Source of the DNA: Dehalococcoidia bacterium
GTDB taxonomy: Bacteria > Chloroflexota > Dehalococcoidia > Lucifugimonadales > UBA3495
Direction of reading: 5' to 3'
Assembly (NCBI GenBank): GCA_965249065.1
Contig: CBDFLG010000002.1
Coordinates: 2,169,960-2,233,959, forward strand
Length of the DNA: 64,000 bases
Shown: positions 1 through 9,305 of the stretch, in pieces
Numbering within the stretch: position 1 is the stretch's first letter
Layout: every line of letters starts with the position of its first letter
Notes under the pieces: generated by a model
The model's database searches: none
What the model was told of the DNA's origin: nothing
What the model saw: the letters and a program-made list of their open reading frames with translations, nothing else
Translations under genes and position numbers: made by a program

Positions 1-493
1 CAACTCCGGTGTCCAGGGAGCTTTCGTCAGCCAGGACAGGCACCGACGAACCCAAACCTTTCTCACCGGCAATCTCCCGCAACTCGACATATTCTTTAAT
101 CCCCTCGAACCCAAATTGAGGGTCGAGTTCGCGCATTCCGACAATTCCTTTGACCAGAGCGAGGCTGGAGGCCATCCATAGCAGACTAGGCAGCTTGTCC
201 GGCTCCACGCTTTCCAGGCTTTCCAGTGCGCCGGGGAACTGACAGGCATCTTCATACCGTGGGATGCTGCCTCTGAGGAAGCCGTAAAGTAGAACCAGAT
301 TCATATAGCCTTCCTGGAAGGCATGGCCCATCTTGCTTACTGTGGTCTGCAACCCCGTATACCGGCGGATGCTGGACACAGAAAAGTATGCCGAGAAGTC
401 CAAGGTCGTCGCCGAAAGATACTTGGCGAAGCAGGCAATCTTCACAGGCGCGCCCGGCTCGTCCAGGGCATACCGCATTTTTATCTTGACCAT
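1..493 (-). CDS. hypothetical protein, runs off the window edge
   Basis: Manually translated open frame from ATG at 493 (MVKIKMRYALDEPGAPVKIACF...) with no stop to position 1; not RecR-like. Confidence 0.55.
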   Translation of the reverse strand, partial: MVKIKMRYALDEPGAPVKIACFAKYLSATTLDFSAYFSVSSIRRYTGLQTTVSKMGHAFQEGYMNLVLLYGFLRGSIPRYEDACQFPGALESLESVEPDKLPSLLWMASSLALVKGIVGMRELDPQFGFEGIKEYVELREIAGEKGLGSSVPVLADESSLDTGV

Positions 494-538
494 TTCAACC
501 ACGCCCGAGCTGCTTGGGTGATGAGACAACCGCCGCCC

Positions 539-838
539 CTACGTCAGCCCTGGAATGTTCATGCCTCCGGTGATGACGCTCATCTTGCTGGCGGCCAGCT
601 CCTGGGCTTTGATGACGGCGTCATTGAAAGCGGCGGCCATCATGTCTTGAAGCAACTCCACGTCCTCAGCCGCTTCCGGTTCGATGGTGACCGATTCAAC
701 TGCCTGCTTGCCGGTCATCACGACCTTAACGGCGCCACCGCCGGCAGTGCCGGTGACGGTCAAGGTTTCCAGTTCGTCCTGAATCTTCTGTAGCTGGGCC
801 AGTTGCTTCTGGGCCTGCCGCATCATGTTGCGGTTCAT
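539..838 (-). CDS. ybaB: YbaB/EbfC nucleoid-associated protein
   Basis: GTAGGGAVKVVMTGKQ and LQDMMAAAFNDA motifs; overlaps dnaX stop. Confidence 0.95.
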   Translation of the reverse strand: MNRNMMRQAQKQLAQLQKIQDELETLTVTGTAGGGAVKVVMTGKQAVESVTIEPEAAEDVELLQDMMAAAFNDAVIKAQELAASKMSVITGGMNIPGLT

Positions 839-2505
839 TCTTCCACCTCTTGCTCCTGGAGGATTCGCGCGCCCATCCCTAGGGCGGCGCGGACCAGCGG
901 GCTCTGCTGGGCCGTCTTGTTAGCGCTTCCGTTGGCCTGCTGTCCGTTGGCCAAGATCAGCCGGTAGTCGCATCCCTCGCCGAAGGAGCTGACCAGCGCG
1001 TCGGCCATGCGTTTGCGGGAGGCGGGGTCTTCCAGCTCCTCCTCCATACGCTCCAAATTGGCTTTGTTGGTGAAGGGCAGCACCAGTGTTTGGCCGTCCA
1101 GCGAGATGCTGTTGACCTTGCAGTCCCGGAGCAACGCCCCCATATTGTACTTCTTGCCCTTGTGCCTCGAAAGCGATTTCACTGTGTTGTTCCACTGCAC
1201 CCACAGCCCGCTGGAATCGCCGGCCGTGTCACTGCTGGCCGCTGCCGCCTGTTGCGGCGCGGCGGCTTGAGTTCCGGCGGGGGCCGGAGCCGGGCGTTCC
1301 CGGGCCGCCGGGCGCGGCTCGCGCGGAGGAGGTGCGGCCCGCGGCGGCTGCGGTTCGGGCGCCCTGCGCGCCGGAGCGGGAGCCGAGGCTGGGGCCGCCG
1401 GCGGAGCTTGGGACACGGGGGCCGGAGCCGCCGATTCCTCGCACATCTCCACCACCGCCAGCTCCAGCGGCAGCGTTGAGGGCGCATCGTAGCGCATATT
1501 GACCGCTCCCCAGATCTTCAGCGCGTGAACGATCCGCCACGGAGGTTGCTGGCCCACCATTTCCTTCAACTGCGCCCGCACGTGGTCGGGCAGGTCCACA
1601 GCGTCCTCCGAACCCCATTGCAGGTGCATAAACCCGCGCAGCAGATCGGAGGTCTGCCGGTGCAACTGACGCAGGTCGCTGCCTTCCCATGCCGCCCGGT
1701 TCACCGCCGAGAGCGCTGCCGTGGTGTTGCTCAACAGCAGATACTTGACCAGTTCCAAGGCTGTCTCATCGCTGCCCATGCCCAGCAGTTGTTCCACCTG
1801 CGGCCCGGTTACGCCGTCGGGACAGGAAACGACAAGCTGCTCCAGCAGGTTCTCAGCGTCGCGCAGGCTGCCGGCGGCGTAGCGGGCGATCATTCGCAAA
1901 GCGGACGGCTCCACCGCCACTCCCTCGGCCTCGGCAATTTCCGACAGTCGCCCGTACACCGTTTCCGACGGGATGCGCCGGAAATCCAGCCGCTGGCACC
2001 GGGAGATAATGGTGGGCAGGATGCGGTGAGCTTCGGTGGTGCAGAGTACGAAAATGACGTGCGCCGGCGGCTCTTCCAGCGTCTTCAGGAAGGCGTTGGA
2101 GGCGGCATCAGTGAGCATATGGGCTTCGTCTATGATGTAGACCTTGCGGCGGCCCTGCACCGGCGCGAAGTTCACCTTGTCGCGTATGTCGCGTATCTCG
2201 TCAATGCCCCGGTTGCTGGCCGCGTCCAGTTCGATGATGTCCATGAAGCGGCCTTCGTTGATGGACTGGCAGACAGCGCAGGCGTTGCAGGGGTCGCCGT
2301 CCTGCAAGTCGAGACAGTTGGCGGCCTTGGCGATGATGCGGGCCGTGGTGGTCTTGCCGCAGCCGCGCGGCCCGCAGAACAGATAGGAATGGGAAATACG
2401 CCCCTGCCGCACCGACTGGCGCAGGGTGGTGGACACGTGTTCCTGCCCGGCAAGTTCGCCGAAGCTGGAGGGACGCCACTTGCGATAGTAGACTTGCGAG
2501 GTCAT
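835..2505 (-). CDS. dnaX: DNA polymerase III subunit gamma/tau
   Basis: YRKWRP, GPRGCGKTT Walker A, Cys cluster, DEAHML, SRC motif. Confidence 0.97.
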   Translation of the reverse strand: MTSQVYYRKWRPSSFGELAGQEHVSTTLRQSVRQGRISHSYLFCGPRGCGKTTTARIIAKAANCLDLQDGDPCNACAVCQSINEGRFMDIIELDAASNRGIDEIRDIRDKVNFAPVQGRRKVYIIDEAHMLTDAASNAFLKTLEEPPAHVIFVLCTTEAHRILPTIISRCQRLDFRRIPSETVYGRLSEIAEAEGVAVEPSALRMIARYAAGSLRDAENLLEQLVVSCPDGVTGPQVEQLLGMGSDETALELVKYLLLSNTTAALSAVNRAAWEGSDLRQLHRQTSDLLRGFMHLQWGSEDAVDLPDHVRAQLKEMVGQQPPWRIVHALKIWGAVNMRYDAPSTLPLELAVVEMCEESAAPAPVSQAPPAAPASAPAPARRAPEPQPPRAAPPPREPRPAARERPAPAPAGTQAAAPQQAAAASSDTAGDSSGLWVQWNNTVKSLSRHKGKKYNMGALLRDCKVNSISLDGQTLVLPFTNKANLERMEEELEDPASRKRMADALVSSFGEGCDYRLILANGQQANGSANKTAQQSPLVRAALGMGARILQEQEVEE

Positions 2506-3074
2506 GGCAGCGGAGACTCCGTTAACTGCAACGACTTGAGCGCCTTGCGTTCCCGCGCCTGCATCAGCGCGGTTTCTTCTGGCTCCACATGGTCGTAGCC
2601 CACCAGATGCAGCGCGCCGTGGACGATGAGGTGGGCCAGCTCTCGCATGGGGCTGACTCCATGCTCCCCAGCCTGCCGTTGCGCCTGGGGCCAGGAAACG
2701 ATGATTTCTCCCAACGGTTGCGGCGCATCCGGCGGCAGGACGAACCCGCCCCCACCCGGCTCTTGTGCCGGCCCCTCGCCGTCGCCCTCCCAGTGCCCTG
2801 GGTGGTCGGCGGAAAACGAGAGCACATCGGTCGTCTCGTCCAGCCCCCGGTACTCTGCGTTAAGGGCGCGGACCGTTTCGTCGCCGGTGATGAGCAGACT
2901 GACCTCGGCGCTCCCCGGCACATCCGCCGCGGACAGCGCGGCCCGGGCCACGTCTTCCAGCCACCTGGCGTCGATCTCGCCGTCGAAAGGCTCATCTACG
3001 GAGACCAGAGCTTGCAGTCCGGGCAGTTCGTCCAAAGAATGAAACTCAAGGAGCGGTTTAAGGTAACGAGGCAT
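2502..3074 (-). CDS. ybeY: rRNA maturation endoribonuclease YbeY (start uncertain)
   Basis: LNAEYRG..TTDVLSF and HGALHLVGYDH metal motif. Confidence 0.93.
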   Translation of the reverse strand: MPRYLKPLLEFHSLDELPGLQALVSVDEPFDGEIDARWLEDVARAALSAADVPGSAEVSLLITGDETVRALNAEYRGLDETTDVLSFSADHPGHWEGDGEGPAQEPGGGGFVLPPDAPQPLGEIIVSWPQAQRQAGEHGVSPMRELAHLIVHGALHLVGYDHVEPEETALMQARERKALKSLQLTESPLP

Positions 3075-3209
3075 CCCGCACGAAGGCGAGACACCTCTAT
3101 CATACATCCAAACTGCGCGGCCATACCAGCAACCAGCGCGGGCATACAGGCTAAAAAGAACAAGAAAGCGGCTGCTGGAGCGTGCTTGGGGGTTGTGGCG
3201 TCGCTTGAT

Positions 3210-3812
3210 TTAACCGCCGTCGTCCGCGGGGCGGCGGCGGTGACGGAACACGTCCGCCAGCGGAATGGCCAAACCGGGAAGCAACGGCGTGGTCAGCGTG
3301 TCGGCCGCGGTCAATACGGCCCGCTGGACGTACTCGCCGTTTTGCAGTTCCAGGAGCGTGGCGGTGTCGTTCAGGGGGTCGAAAATCCAGTATTCAGGAA
3401 CGCCGGCTTCGGCATATAGTTGCCGCTTGCGCACCAAATCGCGATTGCGGTCAGAGGAAAGGATTTCGACCACGATGTCGGGTGCGCCTTCAACCATGCG
3501 GTTACCGGACACAGCCTCGCTTCCCCGGAGAACAATGGACAAGTCGGGCGCCAGCAGGGTGCGGCGTTCAAGGGACAGGGCGACAATAAAGTCAGCCAAT
3601 AATTCGGCCGGTGGCTCGGTGAAGCTGTCAAGGTAGTCGTCTATATGCCTATACAGTCTGAACTGCCAAAAAGTGTGCACTTTCCTAGGGCGCGGCATTA
3701 TGTACAACTCTCCTTCATCCAGCTCCATCTTCCGCTTGTCCCAGGTGTCGGGTAGCTCCATGAACTCTTCGACGTTCAGCCGCATGCCGGAGCGTGGTTT
3801 CAGCATTGTCAT
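3210..3812 (-). CDS. Uma2/DUF820 family PD-(D/E)XK endonuclease
   Basis: ELDEGELY, APDLS, APDIVVEILS, KRQLYAEAGVPEYWIFDP, TTPLLPG. Confidence 0.9.
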   Translation of the reverse strand: MTMLKPRSGMRLNVEEFMELPDTWDKRKMELDEGELYIMPRPRKVHTFWQFRLYRHIDDYLDSFTEPPAELLADFIVALSLERRTLLAPDLSIVLRGSEAVSGNRMVEGAPDIVVEILSSDRNRDLVRKRQLYAEAGVPEYWIFDPLNDTATLLELQNGEYVQRAVLTAADTLTTPLLPGLAIPLADVFRHRRRPADDGG

Positions 3813-3938
3813 AATCAATACCCTCCGCTGTGTCGCCATTATAAGACTGCCTGCCCGGTGGCGCCTTTCTGACGGCGTCATTTTCCGGCTCTATTGTCTT
3901 TGGTATCATTGCCTATCCATTTGATACGGGAGAAAATC

Positions 3939-4955
3939 ATGCGCGGAGTTACATTCCGGGGAAACCGGGAGGCGGAGATACAGGAGTTTCCTGAGCCCCA
4001 TGCTGGGCCGGGCGAGGCGGTGCTGCGGATTCGCGCCTCCGGGCTGTGCGGCACCGACCTGCACCGCTACCGCGACGCCGAGCCGACCGAGATGATTACC
4101 GGCCACGAGCCTTGCGGCGTCATCGAGGAACTGGGGGCAGGTGCGCCTCCGGGTCTGAAACTGGGCGACCGGGTGATGTGCCACCATTATGAGGGCTGCG
4201 GCGTCTGCGAAATCTGCTCGATGGGTTACGAGCAACTATGCCCCCACGGCCACGTCACCTTTGGCGGCGGCACCGGACACGGAGCCAACGCCGACTATAT
4301 GATTGCCCCTTCACGCTCGCTGGTGCATCTGCCCGACGAGCTTTCTTTCGAGGAAGGCGCAGCTATTTCCTGCGGCACCGGCACCGCCTGGAACGGGCTG
4401 AGCAAGATGGACGTTTCGGGCAAGGACATCGTGGCGGTGTTCGGTCAGGGGCCGGTGGGACTCAGCGGAACGCTGTCGGCCAAGGCGATGGGCGCCCGCG
4501 TGATTGCCGTTGACGTTGTTGACGAACGGCTGCGGCTGGCGCGGGAACTGGGAGCCGACTACACGGTCAACGCCGCCAGTTCCGACCCGGTGCAGGCCAT
4601 CCGCGACCTTACCGGCGGCCAGGGCGCGACGGCGTCGCTGGAAACGTCGGGCAACCCCACGGCGCGGCAACAGACGCTATCCTGCCTGCGCCCCTTCGCC
4701 CGCGCCTGCTACGTCGGCGTCGGCGGCCCGGCGGAAATAGACTTCAACCGCGACGTGATTTTCAAGGTGCTGACCATCTTCGGCTCGTGGACCTTCAGCA
4801 AGGCGGAACTGATAGAAATCGCCCGCTTCTTCGTGGACACCAAAGCGCCGCTGGACCGGCTGATAACTCACCGTTACGGCCTCGACCAAGCTATTGAAGC
4901 CTTCCAGACCTTCGACGGCGCGACCACCGGCAAGTGCGTGTTCGTCTTCGACTAA
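3939..4955 (+). CDS. Zn-dependent medium-chain alcohol dehydrogenase
   Basis: CGTDLH, GHE, CxxCxxC structural Zn, GQGPVG. Confidence 0.92.
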   Translation: MRGVTFRGNREAEIQEFPEPHAGPGEAVLRIRASGLCGTDLHRYRDAEPTEMITGHEPCGVIEELGAGAPPGLKLGDRVMCHHYEGCGVCEICSMGYEQLCPHGHVTFGGGTGHGANADYMIAPSRSLVHLPDELSFEEGAAISCGTGTAWNGLSKMDVSGKDIVAVFGQGPVGLSGTLSAKAMGARVIAVDVVDERLRLARELGADYTVNAASSDPVQAIRDLTGGQGATASLETSGNPTARQQTLSCLRPFARACYVGVGGPAEIDFNRDVIFKVLTIFGSWTFSKAELIEIARFFVDTKAPLDRLITHRYGLDQAIEAFQTFDGATTGKCVFVFD

Positions 4956-4965
4956 ACGGGAATTG

Positions 4966-5006
4966 AACGCAGAGGACGCCGGGATTTTTCTGGTTTCCTC
5001 TGCGTT
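4966..5006. terminator. hairpin between convergent genes
   Basis: AACGCAGAGG...CCTCTGCGTT inverted repeat. Confidence 0.55.
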
Positions 5007-5467
5007 TAACCGGCCTTCCATATCTGCCGGTGAAACTGCTCGTCTCGGAGTTGCGAGAACACGACGCTCTCGATTGCGATCGCGAAGCAGTGGAACTCCG
5101 GCTCTTCCGGTCGAAGGCCGATGGCAGCGTACACGGCGTCGCCGAACCGCTGCCGTTCGTCAAGGCCGGTAACTTCGACGGCGCGCCCGTAGACCTTGAA
5201 CTCGCCTTCGGTGCCTTCGCGGTCGGACACCGTGCTGTGAACCACGCAGCGCGGATCGCGCAGCAGGTCCAGCGCCTTGCGCGACCGCCACATCATGCCC
5301 AGATACAACTGTCCGTCCACGATAAACGGCTCCACCGGCGAGATGCGCGGCCAGCCGTCCCTCCGCAGCGTCCCCACCAGCGCCAGCCCCGTCCGCGCGA
5401 ACATTGCCACGCCCAGCGCCGCCAACTCAGGCTCAGCCGACCCAAATTGCCGCCATGTTACGCTCAT
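5006..5467 (-). CDS. pyridoxamine 5'-phosphate oxidase-like (split-barrel flavin/F420) protein
   Basis: GTLRRDGWPRISPV, SRKALDLLRDPRC. Confidence 0.85.
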   Translation of the reverse strand: MSVTWRQFGSAEPELAALGVAMFARTGLALVGTLRRDGWPRISPVEPFIVDGQLYLGMMWRSRKALDLLRDPRCVVHSTVSDREGTEGEFKVYGRAVEVTGLDERQRFGDAVYAAIGLRPEEPEFHCFAIAIESVVFSQLRDEQFHRQIWKAG

Positions 5468-5544
5468 TTTGACAGGACTCCCGGCAGGACATTGACCATT
5501 GAGGTGTCCAATAATTTCAGATATGATTTAGCTACGGAGAACAG

Positions 5545-6717
5545 TTGGACATTGACCATGATAGTGTCCAGTTTAAGAGGTGGATTTTGCCTAGCTGGGA
5601 AGTGAATTTCGACTTGACTCTACGGGTTGGAAACCCGCGAATCATAGAGGATGTTGCTAAGATTCACGCTCTTGCCAGCGTGATTAGAGGCATCCCGATT
5701 CCACCGTCGGTCCAAGCGCGCTTGGACCGGCTCAACATCCTCCGGGCAGTTCGCGGCACTACCGGCATCGAAGGCACGGAGCTTTCGGAAGAAGAAGTTG
5801 GCCTGGTAATGGACTCTCCGCCGGATAGCCCGGCGTTGGGTCCTGGGCGTGAGCGCGAAGAGCAAGAAACCAGAAACGCGAATAAACTGATGGGATACGT
5901 AGCCGAGTATATCCGGAGCAACTCGGATGCCCAAATTTCGGAACCGCTGATGTTGGAGTTCCACCGTATTCTGACTGAAGGAATCAATTACCAGCATAAC
6001 GAGCCGGGCCTCTATCGCAACCATTCGGTAACAGTGGGTACCTATCGTCCGCCTCCGACCGGAGAAGAAGTCAGGCGGTTGATGGCCGAATTCGTTCGCT
6101 GGTTCAACACTGGGTTGCCAACGCACTGGGACCCGGTGCTGCGGGCGATAGTAGCCCATTTCTATGTGGTCAGCATACACCCCTTTGGCGATGGCAACGG
6201 TCGCACCTCGAGGGCAGTGGAGAGTTTCCTGCTTTACAAAGCTGGGGTAAATGTCCGGGGTTATTACTCCCTCGCCAACTATTACTACCAAAACCGCCCT
6301 GAATACATAGACAGTCTGAACCTGGTCCAGATTCAAAGTAAGACTGACCTGACTCCGTTCGTTGCCTTTGCCCTTACGGGACTGGTTCAGGAGCTAGAGG
6401 CGGTTCATGCGGAAGTGCTGGCAGAGGTCAGGATACTTGCATTCCGTGACCATGCCCGCCGGACTCTAGCAGATGCCGAGAAATTGGGGACGCCGGCGGG
6501 CGAAAGGCAACTGCGGTTACTGACCGACTTAGCCGGCGAGCCGATCTCGCTGAAAGAGCTTCGCTCTGGCGGTCATCCGCTGTCGCGCCTTTACCGGAAC
6601 GTCACTACCCGGACGCTGACGCGCGATATAAATGCTCTCAAACAACAGAATCTCATAATCGTAGTGGGGGATGAGGTACGCGCGAATCTGGAGTTGATGA
6701 CCCGGTTCACCGCTTGA
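5545..6717 (+). CDS. Fic family protein with probable C-terminal winged HTH
   Basis: HPFGDGNGRTSR catalytic motif; TTGIEG inhibitory motif N-terminal to it. Confidence 0.9.
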   Translation: MDIDHDSVQFKRWILPSWEVNFDLTLRVGNPRIIEDVAKIHALASVIRGIPIPPSVQARLDRLNILRAVRGTTGIEGTELSEEEVGLVMDSPPDSPALGPGREREEQETRNANKLMGYVAEYIRSNSDAQISEPLMLEFHRILTEGINYQHNEPGLYRNHSVTVGTYRPPPTGEEVRRLMAEFVRWFNTGLPTHWDPVLRAIVAHFYVVSIHPFGDGNGRTSRAVESFLLYKAGVNVRGYYSLANYYYQNRPEYIDSLNLVQIQSKTDLTPFVAFALTGLVQELEAVHAEVLAEVRILAFRDHARRTLADAEKLGTPAGERQLRLLTDLAGEPISLKELRSGGHPLSRLYRNVTTRTLTRDINALKQQNLIIVVGDEVRANLELMTRFTA

Positions 6718-6749
6718 CGGAGTTTCTTTCGGCTCCGCGTTGGCAAACT

Positions 6750-6781
6750 AAAACCCCGCGACGTTTTCGCTGCGGGGTTTT
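6750..6781. terminator. bidirectional intrinsic terminator
   Basis: AAAACCCCGC...GCGGGGTTTT between fic and the tRNA 3' end. Confidence 0.8.
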
Positions 6782-6797
6782 GTGCGTATCGAGAGGT

Positions 6798-6875
6798 TGG
6801 TACCCCGGAGGGGCTTCGATCCCCTGATCTCCACCTTGAAAGGGTGGCATCCTAACCGGGCTAGACGACCGGGGC
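6798..6875 (-). tRNA. tRNA-Glu(TTC)
   Basis: Cloverleaf: acceptor GCCCCGG/CCGGGGT, anticodon arm CCACC-CTTTCAA-GGTGG, T-stem AGGGG/CCCCT, encoded CCA. Confidence 0.93.
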
Positions 6876-6916
6876 ACACTGTACTCCAGCAGTCTAGCAT
6901 ACGTTGCCGCCGGGCG

Positions 6917-7948
6917 CTACGGGTAGACCGCCAGTTCTTCCAGCGAGGTGTCTTCGGGGAAGCCGGACATCAGGTTCATGTTCTGCACCGCTTGTCCCGC
7001 CGCGCCCTTGACCAGGTTGTCCAAGCAGCTGATGACGATGAGGCGTCCGGTGCGGCGGTCTATGACCGGGTGCAGCAGGCACATATTGTTGCCCAGGGTC
7101 TGCTTGGTCTGGGGTGGAGCGGACGCAACCCGCACGAAGGGATGGCCGGCGTAGTAGTCGCGGTACACGTCAACCAACCGTTGCTGGCCCTCGTCGCCGG
7201 TCCACTCGCCCGGGTTCGTCAGAGGGGCGTAGCAGGAGCTCAGGATGCCCCGCGTCATCGGAATCAGGTGCACCTGGAAAGTCACCCTAACCGGCTCATC
7301 GGCCAGCGGGTTCAGCTCTTGGGTAATCTCCGGCAGGTGGCGATGCCCGCCCAAGGCATAGGCGAAGACGTTTTCGTTGACCTCGGAGAAATGGTTGGTC
7401 ATCACTAGGCTGCGGCCGCCGCCGGACACTCCTGACTTGCTGTCTACGATGATGTCGGGGCTGATTATGCCTGCGGACACCGCCGGGGCCAGGCCCAGGA
7501 TGGCGCTGGTGGGGTAGCAGCCAGGGTTGGCTACCAGCCGGGCTGTGCGGATTTCGTCCCGGTGCAGCTCGGTCAGCCCGTAGACTGCCTCTTCCAGCAG
7601 CGAAGGCTTCTGATGCGCCACGCCGTACCACTCTTCGTATTCGTCGGCCTGTTTGAGCCGGAAATCGGCGCTGATGTCCACCACCTTGACGCCCTGCTCC
7701 AGCACCGGGATGCAGGCTTCCGCGCTGGCCTTGTGGGGCAGGGCCGAAAACACTAGGTCGAGGCTGCCGCTGAGTTCCGGCTCGATGGTCAGCCCGAGGC
7801 TGTCCAAGTGGGGGAACACTTCGCCGAGCTGCTGCCCGGCGGCGCTCCTGCCGGTGACCGACGCGATTTCAACCTCGGGATGGCGGCGGAGGATACGGGC
7901 CAGTTCGGAGCCGGAGTATCCCGTAATGTTGATGATTCCTACCTTCAC
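6917..7948 (-). CDS. argC: N-acetyl-gamma-glutamyl-phosphate reductase
   Basis: SADFRL, ANPGCYPT, DNLVKGAAGQAVQNMN. Confidence 0.97.
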   Translation of the reverse strand: MKVGIINITGYSGSELARILRRHPEVEIASVTGRSAAGQQLGEVFPHLDSLGLTIEPELSGSLDLVFSALPHKASAEACIPVLEQGVKVVDISADFRLKQADEYEEWYGVAHQKPSLLEEAVYGLTELHRDEIRTARLVANPGCYPTSAILGLAPAVSAGIISPDIIVDSKSGVSGGGRSLVMTNHFSEVNENVFAYALGGHRHLPEITQELNPLADEPVRVTFQVHLIPMTRGILSSCYAPLTNPGEWTGDEGQQRLVDVYRDYYAGHPFVRVASAPPQTKQTLGNNMCLLHPVIDRRTGRLIVISCLDNLVKGAAGQAVQNMNLMSGFPEDTSLEELAVYP

Positions 7949-8035
7949 TTTCCTGGCCCTCCTTAGTCGCTGGCCTGACTGATTAGATGTTTTTTCATTT
8001 TCACTGTGCCGCTTTTGCCCAGCCGTTATCCCAGC

Positions 8036-8845
8036 TCACCCCGGGCTGGTGGAAGCAAGAGGCACGTGAGGGAGCGGGCCGGGGCCGCTCCGGGCGGTTT
8101 TGGACGGGCGGGCCGCTTTTGCTGCGTCATCCGTCCCGGCGGCTTTCGCCGTAAATTGCTTGCGCGACGGGCATAGTCCGCTTACGACGCACTCGCCGCA
8201 GAGGGGCCGCTGCGCCTTGCAGACCCGCCGTCCATGGTTGATGAAGGCCACGTGGAAGTTGAACACTTCATCGGGCGGCACTTTGGCTTCCATAATTTCG
8301 TGGGCTTTGTCGGCGCTGGTCTTCGAGTCTATGGCGCGGAGCCGCTGGCATACCCGAAAAATGTGGGTGTCAATCGCCATTGCCGGCATACCCAAGGAGA
8401 AGTTCAGGACGATGCCCGCCGACTTGGGGCCGATGCCCGGCAGTTGCCGCAGCCACGCTTTGGCCTCGTCCAGCGGCATCTCCCGCAGAAAGGACAGGTC
8501 AAGCGAGCCGCTATTGAGTTCCAGCACCTTGTCCAGCACTTCCTTGATGCGCGGGGCCTTTACTTTAGCCAGTCCGCCGGGCGCGATGGCCTCTTCGATG
8601 GATGCCACGTCGGCCCGCGCTACCGCTTCCAGTGTACCGAACCGCTCCATCAGCCGGGCGTAGGCGCGGCTGGAGTTGATGTCCGACGTATGCTGCGAAA
8701 GGACAGTGAACACCATCTCGTCGGCTGGGGCCAGCCGTCGCTCTGACTCGAAAGGCCCATACTCCCGCGCCATCAACTCAACGGCCTGGGCAATGCGGGC
8801 CGGCGACATCGTTGGGCTGCGGCGCTTTACTTGCTTCTCCGCCAT
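8036..8845 (-). CDS. nth: endonuclease III (HhH-GPD, 4Fe-4S)
   Basis: VLSQHTSD, LPGIGPKSA, IDTHIFR, Cx6Cx2Cx5C. Confidence 0.88.
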   Translation of the reverse strand: MAEKQVKRRSPTMSPARIAQAVELMAREYGPFESERRLAPADEMVFTVLSQHTSDINSSRAYARLMERFGTLEAVARADVASIEEAIAPGGLAKVKAPRIKEVLDKVLELNSGSLDLSFLREMPLDEAKAWLRQLPGIGPKSAGIVLNFSLGMPAMAIDTHIFRVCQRLRAIDSKTSADKAHEIMEAKVPPDEVFNFHVAFINHGRRVCKAQRPLCGECVVSGLCPSRKQFTAKAAGTDDAAKAARPSKTARSGPGPLPHVPLASTSPG

Positions 8846-9239
8846 AGCGCAGATTCTAGCACTGGCGGAATAGCTGCTTCAAGGTTCGGCAGGAATGCGG
8901 CAGGGACATGGTTTCAGCTCCGGCGCGTTTTGGATGGGCTTGGGTGAGGCCGGAAATTTTCACTTTCCCGGTCATTTCCGGTCATTTCCGGCCGTCCGGG
9001 GCCGTCGGAGCGCGGTGGTGGGGGCTGGAAGCGGCCGGACTGGTTACGGCTTGCGGGCAAAGCACATCACGCTGCCTCAGTGGCTGGCTGGATTTGGGCC
9101 GGGGTTTGGTCTTGGCGGGGGTTCCCGATCGGTACATAAATAATGCTACTGGGGTGTGCCAGGGGTTGGCAAGGGGGAAGTGTCAGGAAAAGCGGTGGGG
9201 GGCAACGCAGAGAGGGCGGAGGAGGCGCAGAAGGGGATG

Positions 9240-9275
9240 CCCTCACCCTATGCCCTCCCCCGGAGGGAGAGGGAA
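9240..9275. repeat. REP-like CCCTCTCCC/GGGAGAGGG hairpin repeat
   Basis: One of six related intergenic copies in the window. Confidence 0.65.
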
Positions 9276-9305
9276 CTGTATCTGAGAACCGACAGGCCCT
9301 GCGTT

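Noticed and set aside
1525-2598. Long antisense ORFs (also 25854-26624, 34126-35262, 46592-47590 and others)
   Set aside because: Shadow frames of well-supported genes in high-GC DNA
5545-6798. tRNA-anchored genomic island containing fic
   Set aside because: No integrase and no duplicated tRNA 3' end found
8895-9285. ORFs and short CCGGTCATTT repeats between nth and oppF
   Set aside because: Low-complexity translations with no motif or RBS support
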